Below, one piece after another: positions 49,380 through 58,230 of a stretch of 64,000 bases of DNA. Source of the DNA: Halanaerobiales bacterium (GTDB taxonomy: Bacteria > Bacillota > Halanaerobiia > Halanaerobiales > M55B127); NCBI GenBank assembly GCA_018334565.1, contig JAGXLU010000004.1, positions 13,909 through 77,908 on the forward strand, given 5' to 3'. The notes beneath the pieces are model-generated. The model did no database searches. It had not been told where the DNA came from and saw nothing but the letters and a program-made list of their open reading frames with translations. Position 1 is the stretch's first letter; each line of letters opens with the position of its first letter. Both the position numbers and the translations under genes were made by a program.

Positions 49380-49862
49380 AGGAATGATGTATCCGTGACT
49401 ATATTTTGTAATTATATCAAAGATTATTTACATAAAGCTAGTAGAAAAATAATTGATTTAGCAATTGAATACAAAGTATCTACTATCATAATTGGAGATA
49501 TAAAGAATATTAACCAAGGTAGCAAACTTAAATCTTTTGTTCAAATACCAATTCAATGATTAGTAGAGTTAATTGAGTACAAAGCTGAATTAGAAGGTAT
49601 TCAAATTGTTAAAATCAACGAAATCCATACATCAGGTTGCAGTTCTATAGACCTAGAAAAATTAAATGAATTTAACTATAATAACTCTAGAAGAATTCAA
49701 GAGATCTGTTTAAAACAAGAAATAAACTAATCAATGCTAATATCAATGGTTAATTAAATATAATGAGAAAATACTCAAAAGATAAATTTATTCCCAAAAT
49801 GCTAAAACAGATTAGGGATAATAAAGTTGTGGACACTCCTTCAAGATTAAGGGTATCCTAAT
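49380..49862 (+). pseudogene. IS605-family TnpB C-terminal fragment
   Basis: IKDYLHKASRKIIDLAIEYKVSTIIIGDIKNINQGSKLKSFVQIPIQ-stop-LVELIEYKAELEGIQIVKINEIHTSGCSS... with several stops. The N-terminal half is absent. Divergent to the TnpA fragment. Confidence 0.7.
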
Positions 49863-49947
49863 TATTAGGAGGAAACTCAAAAACCAAACATCTTGTAAAT
49901 CTCTCTAGTAATATACTGCTTTTTTAAGGTATATGAAGTAAGAGAAG

Positions 49948-49981
49948 CTCTATCTAAATCTTGTTTTTGATTTAGGTAGAG
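49948..49981 (+). repeat. Subterminal imperfect palindrome (probable IS605-family right-end hairpin)
   Basis: CTCTATCTAAATC-TTGTTTTT-GATTTAGGTAGAG lies about 90 nt after the TnpB fragment. Confidence 0.45.
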
Positions 49982-50143
49982 AGGTTCACATGATTTAGTA
50001 TTATTACAAAAACCTTCAATACTTAGAAATTAATATAAGTAGTTTATATTTTTTTACAAAGATTTATAAAGGAGATAATATGTTTTTCTATAAATATTCA
50101 ATTAATACAATTTTTTATTTCAAAAAAGAAAGGGCCGATCATA

Positions 50144-50437
50144 ATGAACAAAAAATGGATAATTATTATTTTAGTTATTCTCATATTATTATTGCTTACA
50201 AATCCAAGTATTGATGATTTTTCTGATTTTATGCTAGACGAATTTATTAAAAGACAAAACTTGAGCTCTTTTCAAGAAATGATGGTTCAAACTCTGGGCC
50301 CTTCTCTACTTGAAAACTATACTGAAAGATATAATTTACAACTAATAAGTGTCTATAAGATAAATATCCCTGAACAGAATTTAAGATATACTGCAATTGG
50401 AATATTGACTAGATTTATAGTGTGGGAATCAAGATAA
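50144..50437 (+). CDS. Small membrane-anchored protein (DUF4359-like)
   Basis: 97 aa. N-terminal TM followed by TNPSIDDF. Family assignment is from memory. Confidence 0.45.
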   Translation: MNKKWIIIILVILILLLLTNPSIDDFSDFMLDEFIKRQNLSSFQEMMVQTLGPSLLENYTERYNLQLISVYKINIPEQNLRYTAIGILTRFIVWESR

Positions 50438-50603
50438 TTTTATTTATTAAATTTTAGGTGGCTTTTTACTTTATTGTTCATTCAAGTTGAGGTAAAAAAA
50501 TAAAGGATATTTATGATTTTTAAACAAATATACTTATGGGAATGATTATTAATATCAGAATAACTTTAACTACAGGAGTAATATATATTTTAGGAGGTTA
50601 AAA

Positions 50604-51050
50604 ATGTCTGAAACGAACAATCTATTAATAATTGTAAACAACGGAATGGATAAAGCATATAACCAATATGCTTCATACGTAGTAGCCTTTATGGCTAAAC
50701 AAATAGCTGGTATTGAAGATGTGACTGTATATTATGGACCACAAGGTGTTGTTATGACACAAGAAGGTAAATTGGCCAATCTGGAAATCACACATGATAT
50801 CAAAGAATTAGTTGCAGGTCAATTGGATGGTGTAACAGTAGATGCTCTCCCAGATAATTTAGAATTATTAGCACGTTTTGTCAAAGAAAAATTAGGTGTT
50901 AATATCGTTTCCTGTGGAACCTTTAATGTAATTGATGGCATTTCAAAAGATCTAGAAGATACATCCAATATGGAGGACTTCATTGACCCTATAAAATTAC
51001 CCCAGGCAGCTCAAGCTTTATTAGAAGCAGATAAAATATTATACTTTTAA
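50604..51050 (+). CDS. DsrE/DsrF-like (COG2044-type) protein
   Basis: 148 aa with a strong AGGAGG RBS. Small alpha/beta protein, LLIIVNNGMDKAYNQYASYVVAFMA pattern reminiscent of DsrE-like proteins. Confidence 0.45.
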   Translation: MSETNNLLIIVNNGMDKAYNQYASYVVAFMAKQIAGIEDVTVYYGPQGVVMTQEGKLANLEITHDIKELVAGQLDGVTVDALPDNLELLARFVKEKLGVNIVSCGTFNVIDGISKDLEDTSNMEDFIDPIKLPQAAQALLEADKILYF

Positions 51051-51085
51051 TTTAAAAAATAATTTATTACTCCTGGAATTTCCCA

Positions 51086-51116
51086 TGGGAATCCTTTAAA
51101 GGGTTCCCATTTTTTT
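51086..51116 (+). terminator. Rho-independent terminator of the DsrE-like gene
   Basis: TGGGAATCC-TTTAAA-GGGTTCCCA followed by TTTTTTT. Confidence 0.7.
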
Positions 51117-51310
51117 ATCCCCTACTAAATATTATATTTTCAAAACACATCAAAATGGTTAAAAGATAAATGATTAATCATCTACTTTCTTTGCACAACT
51201 CTGTATATAAGGATCTCGTATACATTGGTTCAATAATTATTTATAAATCCTTCAATTATATTAACTACCTTATTACCGAATTGTAGCCGATAAAGCCTCG
51301 CCTATGTTAA

Positions 51311-51331
51311 TAGCCGGTGATGAATCGGCTA
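51311..51331 (+). repeat. Probable IS200/IS605 left-end hairpin
   Basis: TAGCCG-GTGATGAAT-CGGCTA lies about 95 nt upstream of the tnpA start. Confidence 0.4.
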
Positions 51332-51424
51332 TTTTAGTTTTTAATCAACTTGAAAATTAAGCCTTTAAACACGAATCCCTTTTATGATATAACACATTTA
51401 ATAATTGATATTAAGGCGTTTTTA

Positions 51425-51815
51425 ATGATGAATACCTACAAAAGTACAAGATACGCAAAGTTCCTTTTAAACTATCATTTTATATGGATACCTAAATATA
51501 GAAAACATATTTTAGACAATCCTGAAATCAAACAATTAACTTGAGATACTATTAATGAATTAGCTGATACACATAATTTTGAAGTATTAACTACTTACTG
51601 AAATGATGCCAGACCATATACACCTTTTTTATATCAGCTTTGCCTAAGTATTTTTCCAGTAAGCTAATGAACATCATTAAAGGTACTACTGGAAGAAGTA
51701 TATCAAAACACTTTCCAAAATTGAATATTAAAGGTTCTGTATGGACTAGAGCTTATTTTGTGGCCACTGCTGGCAATGTTAGTTCAGAAACTATTCAACA
51801 CTATATTGAAAATTA
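51425..51815 (+). pseudogene. IS200/IS605 TnpA (Y1 transposase), disrupted
   Basis: MMNTYKSTRYAKFLLNYHFIWIPKYRKHILDNPEIKQLT-stop. Other frames then give MPDHIHLF.. and KLMNIIKGTTGRSISKHFPKLNIKGSVWTRAYFVATAGNVSSETIQHYIEN. Confidence 0.8.
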
Positions 51816-51827
51816 AAGGTGATTAAT

Positions 51828-51905
51828 ATGCAATTGACTTATGTTTTAAAATTACCCAAACCAACTAAAAGAAAACAAAATATATTTTTAAACAATATTG
51901 CAGAA
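51828..51905 (+). pseudogene. TnpB N-terminal stub (about 26 codons)
   Basis: MQLTYVLKLPKPTKRKQNIFLNNIAEVV is a typical TnpB N-terminus 12 nt after tnpA. Coding similarity stops abruptly where the intron-like sequence begins. Confidence 0.6.
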
Positions 51906-52720
51906 GTAGTTAGGCACCGTCAAGCTGTCGTGTCTATAGGCACTTGCTCACCTACAACTTCCCTCACGACTTACCAGCCTTTGACTCAATAATCCAGTCC
52001 ATTAACCCCTGTTCTTCATGATATTATCAACTGCGTTTTAAAAATCCAATCGCACCTGCTTATATATTATTACTCAGGTCACAGTGTTTCTGCCCTGTCT
52101 TACCTACGGTTTTTCTTCCCCTTAAGCACCATCCGGCAAACTCACTTTCTATCAGTGTCTAAACTACTTAACAGTTAATCAACCACTCTTATCTTGTCTC
52201 CAATTTCGGATAGCATCAGTACCCTTCACTCCAGTTGGCTTTTTCCTCGGAACAACTATCATCACTACTATGGTAACGTCTGAATACTGATGTAGCTTTA
52301 CTTCAGTTTTCCCACTAAAGGTTATACCTCCGCTTACTCAATCCAGTCTGGTTTGAGACTCATCATCATCACCATCTTGCAGTCATTTTGACCCTAAGCA
52401 CACCCATCAACTCAACATACTCCTATGGTCTATTGGACTTCCCCATTGTGTGGGAAGGTCGCCGTTGATGAATGCCACCCCTGGTTCATATATTATTCCG
52501 GACTAACTGCTCGCCTCAGACTCTTCAGATTCCACCTCACAGTGAACACCCTGTCCTTGTCGGCTTCATGTACCGTCATTTATAAACTTAGGCTGAAGTT
52601 TGTGTTCTCCGTTTACTCACCCATTTCGTCTGTAAATGCCACAATATCTCAACCATATTTTCCATACTTCCAGCACAGATAGAATTTTCATCTACTATTG
52701 GTATAGACTACGAGACACAC
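51906..52720 (-). mobile_element. Group II intron 5' portion (domains I-III and start of IV), 3'-truncated
   Basis: The minus strand begins GTGTGTCTCGTAGTCTATACC, 11 nt after a hairpin plus U-tract. It contains AGCCGACAAGGACAGGGTGTTCACTGTGAGGTGGAATCTGAAGAG and many complementary segments. It is visibly GC-richer than its flanks and has no credible ORF. Confidence 0.6.
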
Positions 52721-52731
52721 CACGACAAAAA

Positions 52732-52753
52732 GAGCCCCGATTGCTCGGAGCTC
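52732..52753 (-). terminator. Terminator-like hairpin plus U-tract immediately upstream of the intron 5' end
   Basis: Minus strand reads GAGCTCCG-AGCAAT-CGGGGCTC followed by TTTTT. Confidence 0.5.
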
Positions 52754-53041
52754 AAGGAGTAGTAGCACATATGAAAATTTGTTTCCCATTTAGTTTTAGT
52801 GAAAATATTAACTGTAGAATGGGGGTTAATAAAAATATCAATATCCTTACTAAAACTTTTTTACTGTAAAATAATTATAGCAATGAAATATGTAATAAAT
52901 GTGTAATAAATGTAAAAAAATATGTTAATTCAGCAATCTTGATGTTTTGGTAATTATTTAATCAAAATTATTATTAAAAAATGAAATTAACTAAATGATT
53001 TGATTTATAATTATTCTTCTTTTATAATTCCTATCTAATAT

Positions 53042-53066
53042 AAAAACCCTTACCTTAAGGTAAGGG
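53042..53066 (-). terminator. Rho-independent terminator of the dpp-amidohydrolase operon
   Basis: Minus strand reads CCCTTACC-TTAA-GGTAAGGG followed by TTTTT, 27 nt after the stop of 53093-54268. Confidence 0.8.
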
Positions 53067-53092
53067 ACTGATAATATGATAATTTTATATTT

Positions 53093-54268
53093 CTACATTA
53101 CTTTTTCACCCGATTTATAAACATCTACCACCTCAAAAATATCTTCAATATTCTCGTGTGGATCTCCCTTAATAACAACCATATCAGCATACTTGCCTTC
53201 TTCAATAGAACCATATTCCTCTTTTATTCCAAGTAATTCTGCTCCGCCCAGCGTAGCGGCTTTTATAGCCTTCATAGGCGACATACCTGCTTTGACCATT
53301 AATTTTAATTCATATGTGTTCTTTCCATGTTTGTTAAATGGAGTTCCAGCATCTGTCCCCATTGCTATTTTTACACCATTTTGGTGAGCTAATTTGAAAC
53401 TTGCATGATGAGCATTAATTACCTTTTTAGCCTTTTCTACTGCATATGTAGGAATCCCATTTTCTACTCCATATTCTACAATCCAATAGGGGGCTACTAA
53501 GGTTGCTACTAAAAAAGTCCCTCTTTCAATCATCATCTCAACGGTCTTCTTATCAAGAAAAATACCGTGTTCAACCGAATCAATCCCTGCTTTAATAGCA
53601 TTTTGAATACCTGTAGTTCCCTGAGCATGTGAAGCAGTTTTTTTGCCTGCCTTATGAGCTTCTTCTATAGCTACCCTCATTTCTTTTAAAGAAAATTGAG
53701 GAGAACCTGGCTCAACTCCTTCGGTCATAACGCCACCTGTTGCCATAATTTTGACTACATCCACACCTGCCTTTAGCTGTTCACGCGCCGCTTTTCTCAC
53801 ATCACCTGTTCCATCTGCCTCTCGACCCATTCTATAACCATGACCGCCAGTCATTGTTATGAGCTTACCTGCAACCTGCATGCGAGGTCCCTTTAATAAG
53901 CCTTTTTGCTCTGCTTCTCTCAATCCAATGTCATAATAGTTATAGCCCCCTAAATCTCTTACATAAGTGATACCAGACTTTAAAGCTTTTTGCAAGGCAT
54001 GTTCTGCCTTAATTATAGTTGATGCATCATTCTCATTTTCACGTTGTTGATGGGGGTCATTGGAAGCATCTGATAAAGAATGTATATGAGCATCTATGAT
54101 ACCAGGAACAACAGTCTGACCTTTTAAATCAAAAACTTCAACATTATTCGGAATATTAATATTACTCCCTACTCTTCTAAATCTTCCATTTTCTATGATT
54201 AACTTAGCATCACTTATCATTTTTTCATTTTTTACATCTATCAACTTAAAATTTTTATACGCCTGCAT
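53093..54268 (-). CDS. Metal-dependent amidohydrolase (COG1228-type; dipeptidase/imidazolonepropionase-like)
   Basis: 391 aa. PGIIDAHIHS, ..ASHAQG.., SVEHG, GTDAG motifs. Confidence 0.8.
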   Translation of the reverse strand: MQAYKNFKLIDVKNEKMISDAKLIIENGRFRRVGSNINIPNNVEVFDLKGQTVVPGIIDAHIHSLSDASNDPHQQRENENDASTIIKAEHALQKALKSGITYVRDLGGYNYYDIGLREAEQKGLLKGPRMQVAGKLITMTGGHGYRMGREADGTGDVRKAAREQLKAGVDVVKIMATGGVMTEGVEPGSPQFSLKEMRVAIEEAHKAGKKTASHAQGTTGIQNAIKAGIDSVEHGIFLDKKTVEMMIERGTFLVATLVAPYWIVEYGVENGIPTYAVEKAKKVINAHHASFKLAHQNGVKIAMGTDAGTPFNKHGKNTYELKLMVKAGMSPMKAIKAATLGGAELLGIKEEYGSIEEGKYADMVVIKGDPHENIEDIFEVVDVYKSGEKVM

Positions 54269-54317
54269 AATTATCTCCCCTTTTCACCAGTTTATTTCTA
54301 TTTAGTTTATCCATTTA

Positions 54318-55283
54318 CTATAGTTGATGGCAAGCAACCTTTCTGCCATTTACCTCTTTTAATTCTGGTTCTTTCTTTAAACAAATTTTCTCTGCATATT
54401 TGCAGCGAGAATGAAAGTAACATCCCTGAGGAAGTTGGATAGGATCAGGTACATTTCCACTTAAAACCGAAAAATTTTCTTTTGTTGTCGTCGTAAGCTC
54501 AGGTATGGAATTAAATAAGGCTTTTGTATATGGATGAAGTGGTTCAGCAAATATATCTTTTTTATCACCAATTTCAAAAATCTTACCTAAATACATAATC
54601 GCAACTCGGTCACTTATATGTTTGACCACGCTTAAATCATGAGCGATAAATAAAAAGGTTAAATCAAATTCATCCTGTAAATCCATCAATAAATTTAAAA
54701 TTTGAGCCTGAATTGAGACGTCAAGAGCAGAAATAGGTTCATCTGCTACTATAAAATCAGGTTCCATTGACAAACTTCTTGCAATACCTATCCTTTGACG
54801 TTGGCCACCACTAAATTGATGTGGATATCTATTTAGATATGAACCATCAACCCCTACTTTATCAAGTAAGTTTAGAATATAATCTTTTTCTTCTTCTCGC
54901 GAAACAATATTGTGGCTCCTAATCGGTTCTTGAATAATATCTTTAACTTTTTGTCTGGGGTTTAATGATGAAAATGGATCCTGAAAGATCATTTGCATTT
55001 TTTCTTTTAACCCAAACTTCTCCTTTTTAGACATTTGACTTATTTTTTTGCCACAATAACTGATCTCTCCCTCAGTCGGCTCATAAAGCCCTAAAATAGT
55101 TCTTCCGATCGTAGATTTACCACACCCACTCTCACCCACTAAACTCAAAGTTTCACCTTTATTTATGGAAAATGAAACGCCATTTACCGCATGGACCTGG
55201 CTATTTTTATTTAGTAGATTTGCTAGAAAACTATCATTGACTGAAAAATGCTTTTTTAGATTATTTACTTCTAGTAATTTCAT
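54318..55283 (-). CDS. Peptide ABC transporter ATP-binding protein, DppF/OppF-like
   Basis: GESGCGKST, FSGGQRQRIGIARS, ADEPISALD, C-terminal oligopeptide ATPase extension. The MKLLEVNN start is preferred (ORF opens at 55301). Confidence 0.9.
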   Translation of the reverse strand: MKLLEVNNLKKHFSVNDSFLANLLNKNSQVHAVNGVSFSINKGETLSLVGESGCGKSTIGRTILGLYEPTEGEISYCGKKISQMSKKEKFGLKEKMQMIFQDPFSSLNPRQKVKDIIQEPIRSHNIVSREEEKDYILNLLDKVGVDGSYLNRYPHQFSGGQRQRIGIARSLSMEPDFIVADEPISALDVSIQAQILNLLMDLQDEFDLTFLFIAHDLSVVKHISDRVAIMYLGKIFEIGDKKDIFAEPLHPYTKALFNSIPELTTTTKENFSVLSGNVPDPIQLPQGCYFHSRCKYAEKICLKKEPELKEVNGRKVACHQL

Positions 55284-55284
55284 T

Positions 55285-56286
55285 TTAACCCACTCCTGCA
55301 ATTAACTCTTTCTTTAACTGGCAGGCTTCACTACATGTAGAATAATGATTATTACTAATCTTTTTAAATTCATTATCCCTATTTTTACAATAATCCGTTT
55401 TTTTACTACACCTTGAACGAAATTTACAGCCTGCTGGTAGATCAAGAGGACTCGGCATTAAACCTTTAATTTGTTTTAATCTCTTTTGATTTTTATCAAG
55501 AACAGGAATCGAATTTATCAAACCTTGTGTATATGGGTGAGCAGGATTACTTATTATAGATCCTTTAGAACCATATTCTATAATATCTCCTGCATACATC
55601 ACCAAAATCCGATCTGCAATCTCTGAGACCAAGGCCAAATCATGTGTAATAAATATAAGAGAAGTCTGTCTGTCTTTTATCAAATTCTGCATAAGATTAA
55701 TTATTTGAGCTTGAATAGTAACATCAAGTGCTGTGGTAGGTTCGTCAGCAATAATTACTTCTGGATCACTGGCTAAAGCAATAGCAACTACAACCCTTTG
55801 ACGCATGCCCCCGCTCAACTGGTTGGGATAATGTTTCATCCTTTTTCCTGGAGAAGAAATACCTACCATATTAAGTAGTTCAACTGCTCTATTTTTGGCT
55901 TTCTTGCGTCTATAATTAAGATGAAATTGTAAAACTTCAATTAACTGTTGCCCAATAGTAAGCACAGGGTTTAAGGAAGCCATAGGATCTTGAAAAATCA
56001 TGGAAATTTTTTTCCCTCGGATCTTAATCATATCTCTTTCATTCATCTTCATGAGATCCTGACCTTTAAATTTAATCGAGCCTTCTAATATTTCTCCAGG
56101 AGGATCAATTAATCTTAACAGAGAAAACCCAGTAACTGATTTACCAGCTCCTGATTCCCCAACTATTCCAAGTATCTCACCTTTTTTAAGATTAAAGTTT
56201 ACACCATTTACTGCCTTTACAACACCATCTTTGGTATTGAAAAATGTTTTTAGATTTTTCACTTCTAATATTTTTTCCCTCTGCAT
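55285..56286 (-). CDS. Peptide ABC transporter ATP-binding protein, DppD/OppD-like
   Basis: 333 aa. GESGAGKSV, LSGGMRQRVVVAIAL, ADEPTTALD. Confidence 0.9.
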   Translation of the reverse strand: MQREKILEVKNLKTFFNTKDGVVKAVNGVNFNLKKGEILGIVGESGAGKSVTGFSLLRLIDPPGEILEGSIKFKGQDLMKMNERDMIKIRGKKISMIFQDPMASLNPVLTIGQQLIEVLQFHLNYRRKKAKNRAVELLNMVGISSPGKRMKHYPNQLSGGMRQRVVVAIALASDPEVIIADEPTTALDVTIQAQIINLMQNLIKDRQTSLIFITHDLALVSEIADRILVMYAGDIIEYGSKGSIISNPAHPYTQGLINSIPVLDKNQKRLKQIKGLMPSPLDLPAGCKFRSRCSKKTDYCKNRDNEFKKISNNHYSTCSEACQLKKELIAGVG

Positions 56287-56328
56287 TCTTTTTCCTCCTC
56301 TATTCTCTACTTTTACATACAGAAGATA

Positions 56329-57186
56329 TTACTTTAATTTGGGATTTAATACATCTCGCAGCCAATCTCCAATAATATTAATACTCAATACTATCATAAC
56401 CAAAAATCCACCCGGAAAAACCACCAACCACCATTTTCCGCTTAACAATCTTTTATAACCATCAGAAATCATAAGACCTAAAGAAGGTTCTGTCAAAGGT
56501 ACACCTATTCCTAAAAAACTAAGGGTCGCTTCTAACATTATAACCTGGGCAATTTGTACAGTAGCGATCACTATGATCGGGGTTAAAATATTTGGTAAAA
56601 TATGCCTGATCAATATTTTTGTATTATTTATGCCGATCAACTTAGCTGCTTCAACATATTCACTATTTTTAATAGAAAGAGTAGAACCTCTTGCTGTTCT
56701 TGCATATGTCACCCAGGTAGCAAGGCCAATAACAACAATTAATTTGAAAATCCCACGACCCAAAAAGGCCATAACTGTAATAGCTATTAACATAGTTGGA
56801 AAAGAAAGCTGTATATCAGCCATTCTCATAATAATACTGTCTATCTTACCTCCAAAATATCCAGCTACCATACCTAAAGTAACTCCTATTATTCCTCCTA
56901 AGATAACAGCAGAGAATCCCACCAAAAGAGAAATTCTTGTTCCATATAAAATGGTACTTAAAATACCTCGACCCTGTAAATCGGAGCCCAATAAAAATTT
57001 ATCCACTCCATTTTTCATCCATATAGGTGGTTTCATACTATCCATAAGAGATACAGAAGCAAGGTCATAAGGATTATGGGGAACAATAAAATTTGCAAAT
57101 ATACTAGATAATATGATCACTGTCAAAATAATAGTTGCTATGATAACCATTTTATCTCTCTTAAAATAATAGATGAGATCTTTCAT
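56329..57186 (-). CDS. Peptide ABC transporter permease, DppC/OppC-like
   Basis: 285 aa, 6 TM, EAAKLIGINNTKILIRHILPN (EAA loop). Confidence 0.9.
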   Translation of the reverse strand: MKDLIYYFKRDKMVIIATIILTVIILSSIFANFIVPHNPYDLASVSLMDSMKPPIWMKNGVDKFLLGSDLQGRGILSTILYGTRISLLVGFSAVILGGIIGVTLGMVAGYFGGKIDSIIMRMADIQLSFPTMLIAITVMAFLGRGIFKLIVVIGLATWVTYARTARGSTLSIKNSEYVEAAKLIGINNTKILIRHILPNILTPIIVIATVQIAQVIMLEATLSFLGIGVPLTEPSLGLMISDGYKRLLSGKWWLVVFPGGFLVMIVLSINIIGDWLRDVLNPKLK

Positions 57187-57201
57187 TTATTTTTCCCCTC
57201 C

Positions 57202-58167
57202 TTAACCTAATTCGATCCGCGGATCAAAGTAATAATATAATAAATCGACGACTAAATTTATAGCTGCAAACAAAGCAGCAATGACCAAAATATATGACAT
57301 AATCACAGGTCTATCAAGCCTATTAATTGAATCCAAAATAAGTTTTCCCATCCCTGGCCAGGCAAATATTTTTTCTGTTATCATGGAAAACGCAATTAGC
57401 CGACCAAGTTGAAGTCCTATTACTGTAATTACTGGTATCATAGTATTTTTTAAAGCATGTCTGATATAGACTATTTTTGCTGGCATACCTTTTGCCCTCG
57501 TAAATAAAATATAGTCCTGCTTGAGCACTTCCTGCATGCCGGCTCGAACAAGTCTAATCAGCATTGCAACCATATATAAACCTAAAGTTGCTGCAGGCAT
57601 AATGATATGTTTTAACCCATCTAATGTAAAAAAACTGGAATGTATTCCTAAAAATTGGGCGACTTCCCCCCTTCCAGACGATGGTAATAAGGAGAAATTA
57701 ACTGCAAATAATAAGATTAACAAAATACCAGACAAGAAAGTCGGCAATGATATACCTGCTAGAGAAGAAAACATAATCAATTTAGATAAAATACTTTCGG
57801 GTTTTATTGCTGCATACATACCAGCTGGAATCGCAATCACAATTGAGATCAATATTGCTGCAACAGCTAGCTCCATTGTTTTGGGTAATCTTTCTAAAAC
57901 CAAGCTTAAAGCAGGTACCTGCTGATAGTATGATATACCCATATCGCCTTTTACAGCATTTTTTATAAAATTAAAATATTGAATATATAAAGGCTTATTA
58001 AGACCAAGCGTTTCTCTTAATTCTTCTACTGCCCAGGGCTCTGCCTCGGGCGGCAATAAAGTTTGAACTGGATCACCATTAATATTAATCATGATAAAAA
58101 CTATTATTGAAACCGCAAATAGTACAATTAAAGTCTGCCATATTCTTTTGCCGGTATATATTAGCAT
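57202..58167 (-). CDS. Peptide ABC transporter permease, DppB/OppB-like
   Basis: 321 aa. Paralog of 207-1172. Confidence 0.9.
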   Translation of the reverse strand: MLIYTGKRIWQTLIVLFAVSIIVFIMININGDPVQTLLPPEAEPWAVEELRETLGLNKPLYIQYFNFIKNAVKGDMGISYYQQVPALSLVLERLPKTMELAVAAILISIVIAIPAGMYAAIKPESILSKLIMFSSLAGISLPTFLSGILLILLFAVNFSLLPSSGRGEVAQFLGIHSSFFTLDGLKHIIMPAATLGLYMVAMLIRLVRAGMQEVLKQDYILFTRAKGMPAKIVYIRHALKNTMIPVITVIGLQLGRLIAFSMITEKIFAWPGMGKLILDSINRLDRPVIMSYILVIAALFAAINLVVDLLYYYFDPRIELG

Positions 58168-58230
58168 GGGATACTCCTTTCTCTACTTATAAAATGCATT
58201 GAGGAGGGCTATTGCCCCCCTCATAATTGC

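Noticed and set aside
50080-50214. 45-codon ORF with a strong AAGGAG RBS overlapping the start of the DUF4359-like gene.
   Set aside because: AT-rich low-complexity translation (MFFYKYSINTIFYFKK...) that overlaps the better-supported 97-aa ORF out of frame. It cannot be supported from sequence alone.
52051-52055. A GTGCG on the minus strand, considered as the 5' splice-site consensus of the third intron.
   Set aside because: It would leave only about 150 nt of intron. The domain I-like blocks lie upstream of it on the minus strand (toward 52720), where a GTGTG follows a hairpin plus U-tract.
51290-52753. IStron-like fusion (self-splicing intron plus IS200/IS605 genes).
   Set aside because: Known IStrons pair a group I intron with the IS genes on the same strand. 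Here the ribozyme-like RNA is group II-like, on the opposite strand, and both partners are truncated at the junction.
52425-52869. Two overlapping plus-strand ORFs (85 and 77 aa).
   Set aside because: They are antisense to the structured intron fragment and its flanking hairpin. There is no RBS and no recognisable protein motifs.
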